DNA of 63,069 bases, filler included, from Sphacelaria rigidula (taxonomy: Eukaryota): the NCBI GenBank assembly GCA_964200075.2. It is 8 parts of 8 records of this genome, joined end to end, with 100 filler letters (N's around TTAATTAATTAA, not from the genome) between each part and the next. Parts side by side here need not be neighbours in the genome. Positions count along the whole stretch, not along the records: positions 23,692 to 31,487 come from CAXNAA020013434.1; positions 31,588 to 39,383 come from CAXNAA020013435.1; 6 more parts are not named here. One strand, 5' to 3'. This document shows positions 25,184 to 37,260 of the stretch, piece by piece (the first letter of the stretch is position 1; each line of letters opens with the position of its first letter). The notes beneath the pieces were generated by a model that saw nothing but the letters and a program-made list of their open reading frames with translations, did no database searches and had not been told where the DNA came from. A program made the position numbers and the translations under genes.

Positions 25184-26797
25184 CTAAAATGGCGGCAGAG
25201 TGAGTGTTTTTCACTGTGAAAACAAAAACAAAATCCTACGACCGCCGGACGGGGGGGGGGAAGGTACATGGGGTCTCGGAGGTTTGTTTTTGGGTACTCT
25301 CAGTATGAACCATATATCATCAAGCATGGGACACAATCAGAACAGAAACAAGTATGTGCATCGTACCGTCTCTACGGCATCCGCCCGCTCTTCGAAAGAA
25401 CATGGAGAACGTGTCACTCCAATGCTGGGTCCTCTCTTTCGTCGGCATAATTTTCACTTCGAAAATCCCCACCCTAGCGGTCAAGGGCTCAAAATATCAA
25501 CAGCTGTGACCGCAGAAAGGGCTCACTCTACCTAGGAGTTTGGCAGAATGTTATCCTTCAGTGATGCTCATCGACGAAGGGAGGAACGCAGCGGGAGGGG
25601 GGAAGATAATATCGAGACACTACGCTGTACTCTCTGTACAGCGTTGTACAATGCTCCGTGTTTCAGTTGCGCTTTCGCGTACCTACATTCAAGTTGAAAG
25701 TGTGCCCTCCTATCAGTAACCACTTGGAGATATCTCGATTGCAAGCAAGTCAAGACCACTGCTCTGCACGTGAAAGTGAGTCTATGCTTTGCCTTATGAT
25801 GCAGTGCTGGTTTGGACCCAAGGGTCTGTGAGCCACGAGCTGGAGAGTTACTCCACTCGACTGCAGTTATTCATTGCGGCTAGCCGTTTGCTTCGTGCAA
25901 CCCATAATCAAATATACTCACACTCGAGGATAGATACATGTGAACATGCCTGGATGCAAGGGAAGTGGATCTTATGATTGGATCATGACATATGCGGGAA
26001 GGGCAAATGAGAGATACAGTTATGTTATTAAAGGTATACCCGATGTGGTGGTTGCAGCAAATATCTGCTGAGGGGCACACGCCTCATCGCTTGGCCAAAG
26101 AATGAGGCAATGACGTGTTGTTTTTGCACAAGCGATTCTTCATGATCGAACCCCCCTTTTGGGGTAGTGTTCAAGTGGGTTCAGACGTTTTACGTGGAGA
26201 GTATAATATACATTTTTCAACCGGGGAATCAATTCAACAACAGAGGTCCCACGACCTTTCTCAAACAGAGACCCTTGCGCCGAGCAGGAAATTCAGCATT
26301 TAACCCCTGGCCTGCGGTATGTTCCTTGAGAGTGATACCCTTATCACCTCGTGGCCAGACCACAACACATGCAACAAGCCGCCGGTTATTGCCCGCACTC
26401 TACCCTGCGTGGTTCCGGCGCCGCGCGATTCCGCGACCATGGAAAAAGATGCTCAAGCTTAAACTTCTACCAATAAGAAATGAACCATACCCAACAACGG
26501 CAGTGTGTATCTGTATCCATGTGTTGTGGTGGTAGCTGGGAATACGTGTTGTGGGGTTTGCATGGTTCAATCTGTCAACGACGGGTAATACATATACATC
26601 TGGCGTGACGATCCATACCACAAGATTGCTGAGGTCCTAAAGGTGTCCTGGAACAGTTAGAGCACAAGTTCACACGTGTAAATTTACACGCAGGAGGATA
26701 CTGCACGGCTATGTCCTCCGGAGTCGCAACAAATGCCCTAAATGCCATAGTCGACCCCTCCTCCGGAGGATTGATGCTCATATTTCCCTCTGATGTT

Positions 26798-27045
26798 GAC
26801 TTGTGCCGAGATAGCCCCCCACCAAAGATGCACCGGAGACTATCCGACAAACCGGCTGCGATTCCACTACTGATCTCGTTTGCAGTAATTTCGCCCACAT
26901 GAGAGGCCTGTAGCAGTCCGAATTCATCTATAACGCCTGAGTAAGTCGCGTCGTGCAGCACGAAACCAGTTATAACGGTATTTTTGATGATCGCCTCCGT
27001 GCACGTTTTTGGCCGGTTCTGGGGCGGGCTATAACGGCAGCAGTC
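26798..27045 (+). mobile_element. GAC-terminal 248-bp MITE, copy 2, 4-bp TSD TGTT
   Basis: TGTT|GACTTGTGCCGAGATAGCCCC ... GGGCTATAACGGCAGCAGTC|TGTT. Confidence 0.9.
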
Positions 27046-27863
27046 TGTTCATATTTCCCTCTAAGGGACGTTCACGAATACCACGTCCTCCAGAGCACCG
27101 TATATTTGGTCCTCTGGCGGGATTCAAATCTCAGAAGTCACTGGAATAACAGATGCCCTCCAGACGATTCGTTTCATGACTGGAACTGAGTATGAAATAC
27201 CCTCTAGAGGGTCTTCTTTATCCTCCGGGGGGTCACTTTACCGTCGAGAGAATGAAAATCGCAATAGAAGATTTTGAAGAGGGTAGCCAAGTGGCCGCGT
27301 GTGTCATGACCCGACCTGCTTGCTGATAGCCCCAGTCCGCCAACCCGGACCGCCATTCCGAGTCTGCTAACCCTGGGACCGTCATCCTTCAATCTCAACT
27401 CTAGGCTATGACTGCACTCCTCACTCAGGGTGTTCTGCAAGGCTTACCCAGTCCAAGTCTACGCTGCTTCTCCACACGCTCCGCATCAAATGCATCGTGT
27501 GTGTGTAAAGCTACAGTACAATCTTCAGACCTTCCGTCCTGGGTTAGATGGGCCGCACCCGTCGTCCACGAATGCCACCCATATCAATTTTCTTTCCATA
27601 CGGATCAGCTTTTCAAAAACGCTGGCTACAACGAGCACTTTCTCCGCTACTATTCCAGCAAACTTTCGTCTGCGCTATGGTCGTCCGCACCAACTGATCG
27701 TTTTGTGTCGTGTACCATGTTTCACTTGGTATATCGGTATTTGTTTTTGTTTTTTCCACAGCTTACCTCCACACCCAACGAATATCAACTCATTCCCAGA
27801 AGAACTTATTTGTTCCCGAAAGCGCTAGATTCTCTTTTGGGGGTGTGATACGACAGGACCGTA

Positions 27864-28111
27864 GACTGCTGCCGAGAAAGCCCCCCCCAAACCGACCAAA
27901 AACGTGCACCGAGGCGATGATCATAACTGCCGTCAAAGGTGGTTTCGTGCTGGACGACGCGACTGATTTGGGCGTTATAGCTGATTTCGGACTGCTACAC
28001 GCCTCTCATGTGAGCGAAATTGCTGCAAACGAGCGCAATAGTGGGATCGCAGCCGATTCGTTAGATGGTCTCCGGTGCACGTTTTGTGGGGGGGCTATCT
28101 CGGCATTAGTC
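27864..28111 (-). mobile_element. GAC-terminal 248-bp MITE, copy 3, 4-bp TSD CGTA
   Basis: CGTA|GACTGCTGCCGAGAAAGCCCC ... GGGGCTATCTCGGCATTAGTC|CGTA. Confidence 0.92.
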
Positions 28112-28920
28112 CGTATCGTATAGCACGTCGTGGCGACAAGTCATAGTACTGGTACCCGTTACAAAAATGTGTATGCATATTTGTACAACTCACGCGACTT
28201 CGCTTACGATCATTTTCTTTTTCTTAATGAATAATTCAATACGATATTCATCAATATATTCATTAAGATCTTGTTTATAAATCAATTCTGGTTGTTCAGC
28301 TATTATTTCTCCACATCTTTCCAGGATTCAGGAACCCGTTCTGCTCACCATACCATCATGTCGATACTTTCAAAACTCCAGCACATGTTTACGATAACAT
28401 TTATGAGCTGCCTACGTACTTAGTCGGTAGAAGGCTCAGGCTACTGTATCTTCAGGCGGATGGTGCGCATGCAGGCTAGAGAACTCTTCTTTGTCCCTTC
28501 CAGCCCTTCGTTATTCGTAGCCTAATGCTCTTGATAGGCACAAGTGGGTGTGGGAGGATGCTGCGGGCGATGCGGGTGAGTCATACCCCGGACATGCCCT
28601 CGTACCTTACAGACCATACTTGGAAACTATCGCAACGGGAAGTTTAAAACTTGACGCGTGTAAACCAGAAACCTTCGCATCGATATAGCCCCAACGGGGG
28701 CGGATTCAGATGGGGAAGGAAAGGTGTTTCTTTCGTGGGGCTGTAGATTTGCTTTTCGCGTGATGATGGGAATCGACGGGGAAACTAGAAATATGACAGG
28801 TATCCCTTTTCGCTGTTGCTGTTGAGTTGGTACAAAGACTCATGAGGGGATATCGCGTAAGTTGCCTGGAAAAACTGTAGCACTTGATCTAATTCTGTGC
28901 TGAGTGTTTTGGGGATGGAT

Positions 28921-29134
28921 TGTTCAGGTGATTCAGATACCCAGTAATGCTGAATCTACGTAGAACCGGGTCTCGGGTGACGTACGAGTACCGACAGTCA
29001 AGTGTGTGCAAATGTGGTACAGTACGGCTGAGAGCGGAGGAGCAGCCTGCCCCCCATGCCCACTCTCTTTTCAGCTACCCTCCATCTCATCAGCACTCTC
29101 CCAAGTTACAGTAAAACTTGGGTGCTCTCCAATA
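28921..29134 (+). repeat. Probable 5' LTR of copia C
   Basis: Starts TGTTCAGGTGATTCAGATAC, contains TTCAGCTACCC and ends CTCTCCAATA; related to LTR 18010-18209; lies ~70 bp before the gag ATG. Confidence 0.6.
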
Positions 29135-31428
29135 AAAGATTTAAAACCATTACCTTGTGCCTGAGCCTAGGAATACACTAGTGATCAATCGATTGGGCAA
29201 GTATGGCTAGGAACAATGGTAACGCTTCGTCTTCTGAAGAAAGGTTAGACGGACTGACGAATCAAATCAAGAACATGATGAGTCTGCTCAGTGGTCAGTT
29301 CAGCACACTAACCCATATGGTCAGAGATGTACAGTCTAAACAAACTGTAGTGCACGGTAGAGTAGATGGCATCGAAGATCGAGAGTCCGGAGGCGCGCGG
29401 TGGAGTGGCGTCGTCGAAAGCGAAGAACAGCAAGAAACACGACAACACCAGGCTGACAGCTCAGCCAACCACAGCACACCTCGAGGTCGAAGACGCAGCC
29501 GCGGGGGCGAGCAGGGAGCTCCGAGCGGGAGCGACCACAGGACAGCAAGCGACGGAGCAAGGGGTGCAGACCCCGAAATTGAGTCCGTCGCAGTGTTCGG
29601 CCATGATTGACCAAGTATCCAAAGTGTTTCTGTGGTCCCACTTTACAAGGCAACTGTACCTACGTTCTCTGGAAAGAGTTGAGAGTCCAACCACTACAGT
29701 CACGAACAAACACGTTTGCCAGGAGCGAAGCAGTTGATTGGGTGTTCGCTATGTCGGAAGATAAGCCATACGATATGGAAGTGGGAAACAAGGCGTTATC
29801 CTTAAGTTATCTTGAAGCAAGGCACGGAAAGGGCACTGTAGCCGCAAACGTGAGAGCGAGGCAACTGTTGGTGGCGAGTCTCGAAGATAAGCGGGACCGG
29901 GATGTTCTATTCCGAATTCCGTCTCCTGCAGCTGTGTGGCGTGAGTGAAACGATTTCTACAGCCCCAAGACCAACGGAGCTAGATTAGCTCTCCTAGAGA
30001 AGTATGATCACGTGAAGATTGGAGTTCGCGATGATCCAGTTCGAAACCTAATGGAGATGGAAGAGGTGGCGAGAGAACTACAATCGCACGACACCAACAT
30101 CATCCTGACGGAGGCGAAAACCCTCCTCAACTTTGTCAATGCGCTTCCCTCGAGTATAACTACCCAAAACAAGCGTTGGAGGAGCGCAAGGGTCCGCTCA
30201 CGAGGGAAGTCGTAGTGACATCGGTTCGAAAACGTTTCGAATCGGCACTTTTCAAGCAGGAACTCGCCAAGGGAAAGAAGGTTTCCCCGAGCGACCAGGC
30301 CCTTGCCATCAAGGGCCATCCCGGCAAACCTAACGGCTCACACCGGGAAGGTAAACCGGGAAAGACCCAGAACCCAGGCCGCACAGGTGATGGGGGGCAG
30401 GGCAAAAACAGCCAGTCGCCGGCTTCATCATCAACGAGCCAGTCGGGGGCTGCGACGCCGTGGAGGTGCAACGTTTGCCAGAAGATGACTACACATAGGG
30501 CGAAAGCCTGTCGAGACAGGTGTTGCGCTAGGTGCGGGAAGAGAGGACATTAATTGATTGACTGTCAAAGCACTGTGGAGGACGCGGCGATTGTGATGGG
30601 CGTGGTGAAAGACCTGGTGAACGACGACTCCGTTTGCGCGGATGCTGATACAGAAGCTTTCACCAGCATCGACATGACGGCAGATGAGGTCAACACAGGC
30701 GAGTATGCATTTGTAACTGGGAAGGCGGGTGTAGAGCAGTCAGATGTGGGTGAACCGTGGGTACTTGACACGGGGGCCACTTCGCACTTTTATCATGATT
30801 CGACTAGGATGACGGACTATAGAAAATGCAGTGGTAGGGTACTACGGTGTGCGGGCGGTGGTGCCTACCCGATCGTGGGAAGAGGAAATTTGACTCTAGC
30901 TTCACGATCTGACGGACGTGATGTAGTCTTGCGTTTGAAAAATGTAGACCACGCACCTTGCGTCTGTCACCATCTGGTGTCATTGAGCAGAATCTCTAAC
31001 GCAGGTCACATCTACATTGGGTCTACCAACGGCTTTCGGATTGAGTTGAAGTCAGGCAATACCCTGAAAATCCCCGGTCAGCGCAGACAGTTGATAATGT
31101 ACGCCCAACGCATCCATCCAATCGGTCATGACAAGCATGCGTCAGCATGCGCTGTGATTGCCCCGGGGAAACTACCCAACCCCCAAGTTGATGATATCCA
31201 CGATTTCCATTGCAAACACGCGCATGCTCACGAGGACCTGCTCCGGCAGACTGCAAAGCAGCTCGGAGTGGAGCTGCGCGGCGAGTTGAGACCGCGCCGA
31301 GGATGCTCGGAAGGAAAATGGCTGCGGCAGCCCATCCCAAGATCAACCCACACACGAGCAGTTGAGCCAGCTTCCAGAGTGTTTGTCGATCTTACAGGCC
31401 CAAAACCAGTTAGATCTCAGGGAGGAAA
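28921..31428 (+). mobile_element. Ty1/copia element C: LTR, frameshifted gag, protease, GAG-pre-integrase and integrase start
   Basis: SPAAVWRE..KIGVRDDPVRNL gag; knuckles CNVCQKMTTHRAKAC and CARCGKRGH; protease WVLDTGATSHF; HCKHAHAHEDLLRQTA..GCSEGK; RVFVDLTGP. Confidence 0.92.
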
Positions 31429-31487
31429 GACTGCTGCCGAGATAGCCCCCCCCCCCGAACCGGCCAAAAACGTGCACGCAGGGGATG
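31429..31487 (-). mobile_element. GAC-terminal MITE, copy 4 (partial, at contig end), inserted in the copia C integrase
   Basis: GACTGCTGCCGAGATAGCCCCC...CCGGCCAAAAACGTGCAC follows immediately after the integrase GGK codons. Confidence 0.85.
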
Positions 31488-31587
31488 NNNNNNNNNNNNN
31501 NNNNNNNNNNNNNNNNNNNNNNNNNNNNNNNTTAATTAATTAANNNNNNNNNNNNNNNNNNNNNNNNNNNNNNNNNNNNNNNNNNNN
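31488..31587. other. Artificial contig linker
   Basis: N44-TTAATTAATTAA-N44. Confidence 0.98.
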
Positions 31588-34500
31588 GTCCGAATGGACC
31601 AGATTCCCGAGGACCCTGTAATGCCGACGTAACTAGACAACTCGGGGTGATGCCAGGAAGAGCCTAATATAGGACGGCCTAACATCCCCCAAGGTCTGGG
31701 TCGCCCCTGGCGCCCACTTCTCGTCTGACCCCGCTTCTTGCCTACACATACAAGAGGAAGTCATCGCCATCCCCGGAGTTCCTTCGGCATCAGGACGGCA
31801 GTCTCCCCCCGTAGGTCTCTGACTACTCTAGCGATACGCCTTCCTTAGACCGGCGACACCAGATCAGAACTCAGGCAAGGCAGGCTTTAGAAGTAAAAAA
31901 CTAAAACGAGAGCCGACTGCTGCCCGACACCGGAAGCACTGGGGTCCTCCAGGGAACGCTAATCCAGGTGAAACGTATGGGTTATTATGTGCATATTTTA
32001 TTCGAGTTGAGAGATTATTGGAGTCATGTGTTCAGGTCAACGCGAGGTTAGCCCCATCCATGTGCATTCATATGCCACTAACATAACTAATTAAATAGCG
32101 GAGCGCGAAGTTAGACTCCTCAAGGTGCAGTATATGTCACCTATGTGGCTAGTCAAACAGCGAAAACGCGAAATTAGTTCCATCAGAGTGCATAGGATGT
32201 CACCAAGACGGTTAACCCAACAGCGAAGCCACACGTGTCAACCAACCTTGAATCAGCACAGTGCTAGAGGCACGGCAATTAATCAAGCAGGCCGACCTCT
32301 GGAAACGCGGAGACTCGGAATAGCACCAACAAAAACCTTGACCCAACCTGCGAATGCACGACCTTGTCATTCCCTACCATTTAGCGAACGAAAGAAAGGG
32401 AGGTGTATTGGATGGTTTCACAGCATCCCAGCTCGCAAGCTGAGAGGAGTTGTAAACTACAGGCAGTTCAATATTCCACACCTCAGTACGCATGAAATGG
32501 AGAAAAGTGTCAACCGTCAGGTGAAAAACAAATCGGAGAGAAACGGATTTCCTAGTCAGTACAATATCTCACTCCTCCAGAAGGGCATCAAAATAGCCCT
32601 CAGTGGTGGTGTGAAAATACATACAAAGAGCAGAAGCTGGAGAGAGCACGATGAGAGTTGGTCCCTAAGCAGCCTTCAGAACATTTGTGGAAAAAACAAT
32701 ACACCACACGAAGGACCATCATAAAACAATGTAGCTCAACTTGTTGGAGCTCTCAAGTATGTTACATTGTGCGCCCTACCCTAAGGGATCGGTAACGTTA
32801 CATCCCGTTGTAAGCAGGGGCTGTTGATTCTGAATCGAAACACCAGTCTCCCCTTTGCAACCCGATCTTAGACGATCACTGTTATGACTCGTAACAACAC
32901 ATCGTCACCCGCCAGGTATACAGATGCGCCCATAGGGCTATCCTGTGCACCAGTCCGCGTTAGAGTCGCAGCCAGAGTAAACGGTACCCTCGCTGGAAAA
33001 AACCACAATCAATTCCTCAGCAGAGGTACCGTACATCAGCGAAACGTTCATCGATGAACATTTGGTCATCATGGCAGCTGATATGAAGCTAGTACCGACG
33101 GGATCTATATATCTCAAAAACACAACCAGCTCACCCATAAACAAAATTCTGGGGTTCATTCATTTCGAGCCTACGTTGGGGATAAAAACCCTGCCCACAG
33201 AAGCGTTTGTATTACCTCATCTGGGACCGAGTTGTCGACTACTAGACAACTCCAAGGTGAGTGTTTTCAAAGCTATACTCTATACTTGACTGGCAGACGG
33301 AAGAAAGAACATTCCGTTATTCCAGTATAAAAAATCAAAGCATCGCATCGAAAACAACAGGTCTCACAGAATACAACACACCGAAACAACATACTGTTTT
33401 ATAGTCGGTGTGAAAAGTTCTAACCCTGTTCGAATTCCTCACAACAAATGCAGTGTGCCACCACAAAGTGAAATGACAGTACTAGTTGGAACGGAAGATA
33501 CCCCGTGAACAACAACAACAGCTGTCGTGGAGCCGCGCATAATAACCGAGGAAGACACTTGATCGCCTGATGTACCTCAAGCATTTACGCGCATCATTGC
33601 TTCAAGAACAGCAGGCACGTAGTCGTCGAATAAAACGAAATGGTACAATTCGCAAACCGGTCGACTTCACAGGTAAACCACGGAAAAACTTAATAATGAT
33701 GATGAGAGACAAGAACGGAGAAATTTTATGTTATTCCGGACATGCGCACGCTATGTCAGGGCTGCCAACGCCGGGAAAACGGTTCACAACCGGCCAAAAT
33801 TTGCCGATGGTTCACGTTGCGGTGGGACGGCCATACGAAAGAGCGCCGGCAAACCCAGTCGAACGAAAAAACAACTTCGATGTCATAAGCTGGAATACTA
33901 AATAGGTGTTGTCCGTAGGGGACCATCTCACAAGGTTGGCTTTGCTCATTCCGGTGCTGAAAAAACAGATCACATCAATATAGCCAAAGCAATAATTGGC
34001 AGAATCTTTACGGCACTTGGCATCTCGGGAAAGCTGCGTTCGAATTAAAGAGCGGAATTTGAGAATAAACTAACATACGTACTGTAACAGGAACTAGGTT
34101 TCAATGAACTCGCACGACACTGCTACGCCCGCAAGGTAATTCAGTGTCGGAACGAGCCCACTCCACTTTCGCGTGATGTTAGCTATGCATATGTCAGTCG
34201 GGAACAAAAACTAGGCATCCATGCTTCCATTCGCCCAAATGGCGTACAACACTTCTTATTATAATACAGGACAAGAAACACCGTAGTTTTGTTGTTTGGA
34301 AGACAGTCCAGATGGCCAACTGACATTATTCTCGGCATACCTGAAAAGAGCCAAGCGGCAACACCCGAAGAATTTTCCAAAGAAACACGGGAAAACCTAC
34401 AGTTTGGATTTGAAAGCGCGAGACAAGCCCTACGAGAAGAGCCAACCCGCAAGAAAACAAGATTATTCAAATCTTTCACGGTGTTTAAACCCGACCAACA

Positions 34501-34990
34501 GGTACTCCTGTACCCACCATAACAGGACTCAGGAAGGTCAAACTCGAAACTCCAATCTACATGGAGAGGACCTTTCATGGTAACCGAGAGACGATCGCCG
34601 GTTGTGTACATAATGAAAATAGGCGACGACTCTAGAGAAACGTCAGCACATCTCGCTCATTTGAAGAAATATCAACCGCGAGAAACAGCGCCGGCACCGG
34701 ACTTTGACAAAAGGTTAGCAAAGCGCTCACATCCAGAGTCGAAACCAAAAACAAATCTGGGTAACGGAAATAGATGTAACTGTTTAACAGACTGTTCGAA
34801 CGTGTTAGCAAAACGCTTAAGGGTTGAGCAGTAAGCTGGAGTCAAAATTCGGAGATTAATGAGACTCAAAAGATACAGCCCAGCAGCTGACCTAACCTAC
34901 CGAGCTGACGAAGCATCGCAAAGTAAACACATCCTCGATATATACCGTCATGACATCGGGTTAGCTAAGCGTCCACGTGTGTTGGGTCTC
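31588..34990 (+). mobile_element. Heavily decayed Ty3/gypsy element (protease remnant ~32980-33260; integrase and GPF region 33700-34700); RT and RNase H not recognisable
   Basis: ILGFIHF..AFVLPHLGP..LLDN protease-like; PQGNSVSER, MLPFAQMAYNTS, LLFGRQSRWPTD, FKPDQQVLL and TWRGPFMV integrase C-terminal motifs. Left boundary is approximate. Confidence 0.75.
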
Positions 34991-35652
34991 TCTTTTGTAG
35001 GCGCCAAAATATATGGGGCTTACTGTGCAATCTCCGGGGAACGGACTCCCAGAAACACGGCGTTTGCACGCAGGGGATTTTTCGTAAATCGGCATCATTT
35101 TCAGTCTTTTTCAAGCAAAAATGATGCCGATTCTCAAAATGATCCGTCCAACACCTCGAGCTGCCTCGAAAAACGTTTTCGCTAAAAGGTGCTACCCCTA
35201 CCGTAGCATTGCTCTCGGGTAAAATCAACGATGTCAATAACACCCCGCAATTTGCGATTGGAGCTTATTGCCGCAACACCGTCCTTGCTGGCATGTATGT
35301 GGGTGTGAGAACAGTAGCAGTGATGGGAACATCGCCCTGCTTTTCGACGACATGTTCTGCGGTGTACAGAGGCGTGTCCTAGTAAAAAAAAGAGGCAGAG
35401 AGTAATCGATCTTTACATTAGCCAGCACCAAAGACGAGAGACAACCCTAGGCATCCCCATCTTCGGGGGGCTGTGCAGCAATAATCCGCCTGCCGGCACA
35501 TGGCAAATTGGGCGCACATGACGGGAATCTCTCCAGCAATTGAGAATCGCCAAACGAGGACACACAAAGGACACGGGCGAGGAGCTTCCTCTCTGCCGCT
35601 GCTCCTCCGGTGGTATCTACATCGACACGCGTGTACGAGTGACGCCACGGTT

Positions 35653-35761
35653 GGGGTGCACTTTTCAGTCCAAACTGTTTCTGAGGCGGCACGCTAAGGC
35701 CCAAGTTTTTGTCATTGAGAGGCTCCCATAACAAAGAGCCTCAGAAAAAAAACGTGCACCC
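35653..35761. mobile_element. Internally deleted copy of the GGGGTGCAC MITE (opposite orientation to 6266-6490)
   Basis: GGGGTGCACTTTT ... AAAACGTGCACCC|TA; subterminal TTCTGAGG..GGAGCC shared with the 6266 copy. Confidence 0.65.
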
Positions 35762-36321
35762 TATGACGAATTCATGCCGTCACGGTTGAGTATATAGTGG
35801 ATCCTGGATCATGACCAGGGGACAAGGGCATCCTGTGGATGATGACCCTTGCTGTGTAGCCCAGGCCTGATGGTACGGGGTTGCAGCTGCTTACTCCGGT
35901 AATGATAAGGTGTTGTGAAGGCTGACAACTGAGACCTTGAGCCCAGTAGAATTTGGGAGTCTCTCAACAGCATTTAGACGCGGCAGTACCAGCAAGCTGC
36001 TAGCGTCACAATATTGATACTAGTGCTAGTGCTAGGCGTGCTAGTTGGTGCTATCGTTTGAGACTGCTGAAAAGTTCCAGCAGGGAGAGGTCTGGACAGC
36101 TTGTGACTAACTTCGGGCATAGAGCTTCACGGACGCGTGAGAAAGTTTCGGGCTGAGGTAGCTGTAAGGCGGCTGGCCCGTAATTGATCCAGACTGGAGA
36201 CTTGCTGGAGCTGCGTACAGCGGGTGTTTAGAGGACCCCAGGGCTGTGTGGAGCGGCGAAGAAAGCAGGTGTGAATTGAAGTTCGAGAAGGTTCAAGAAA
36301 TCTTCGGTTTTCTGCTCGAGA

Positions 36322-37260
36322 ATGTCGACTACTGAGGTACCGGCAATAGAGCCAGCGGAAACGACTGTAACCCCAGTCGTTCTAAGGCAACAGTTGCGGC
36401 CGCCCAGTTACGGGAAGTTGTATTCTGAGGGTGCTTCTCGTTCGTTTTACAAGAACTACGTGGAATACAAAAAGAGGGTGGAACATGCGAATGCAGGGGG
36501 TGCGGTAAGGCATCAGGTGGTTTCTATGGCGCAACTAGTGCTTACCCCCCTGCAACGCGTCTTCGCGAGAAGGTTCCACGAAAAGCATACCGTAACGCCG
36601 CTGCAGTTGGACGCAGCGATAAAGAAGCACGCAGGGCATGCGGCAGGAGCGGAGGTAGAGCTTACTCAGGCGTCCGCGGCCGTGGCGAAGGCTGTCGCAA
36701 TGAACCCCAAGGAGAGGACCATACGTGAGAGGGTGGAGCCCATAATGGGTACGTTGGAGACGTATTTTTCGGGAAATCCCAACGTAAAGATGATTTATCG
36801 TTCGTCCGATGGGAAATTTCGCCCAGGGCCCGCTGCGGTAGTCACGAAAGTGATGGTGGAGGGTCTGGCACCGGCGGAATTTAAGCAGGCCGTGTTTATA
36901 CAGTTACAGCACGAAAAAAATTGGAAGTCGGACCCATATTTAGTCATGGATACCGTGGTGGCTGAAGCTCAGGCATGGCGGCGAGTCGAAGTATTCGGAA
37001 AATCATGCACTTCGTCGCCGCAGTCTTCGAGCTCGCGTAACCGCGGATCAAAATCCGCAGGCAGTGCCGCGTCCAACATTACTTGCTATCAGTGTGGCCA
37101 GGTGGGTCACATCGCACGGAAGTGCCCAATGCCTTCTGAGGGAGCGTCTGTGCAGACGAGTGCCGCGCGTCCTCGCAATCACAAAGGACGGAAAGGTAAT
37201 CGGGATGGTGACGGAGGCGGATCCTCCAGCGGTGGAGGTGTACAGTCGAGTTCCCAATAA
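36322..37260 (+). CDS. gag: Ty3/gypsy gag, 312 aa open frame, with CCHC knuckle
   Basis: ATG-initiated uninterrupted ORF containing CYQCGQVGHIARKC; directly upstream of protease AVLDSG in the same frame. Confidence 0.8.
   Translation: MSTTEVPAIEPAETTVTPVVLRQQLRPPSYGKLYSEGASRSFYKNYVEYKKRVEHANAGGAVRHQVVSMAQLVLTPLQRVFARRFHEKHTVTPLQLDAAIKKHAGHAAGAEVELTQASAAVAKAVAMNPKERTIRERVEPIMGTLETYFSGNPNVKMIYRSSDGKFRPGPAAVVTKVMVEGLAPAEFKQAVFIQLQHEKNWKSDPYLVMDTVVAEAQAWRRVEVFGKSCTSSPQSSSSRNRGSKSAGSAASNITCYQCGQVGHIARKCPMPSEGASVQTSAARPRNHKGRKGNRDGDGGGSSSGGGVQSSSQ

Noticed and set aside
30554..31543. 329-aa ORF as a complete gene
   Set aside because: It is a copia pol fragment running into a MITE and the N linker
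35087..35132. 16-bp inverted repeat as a rho-independent terminator
   Set aside because: The context is eukaryotic and there is no U-tract; more likely part of a DNA-transposon end
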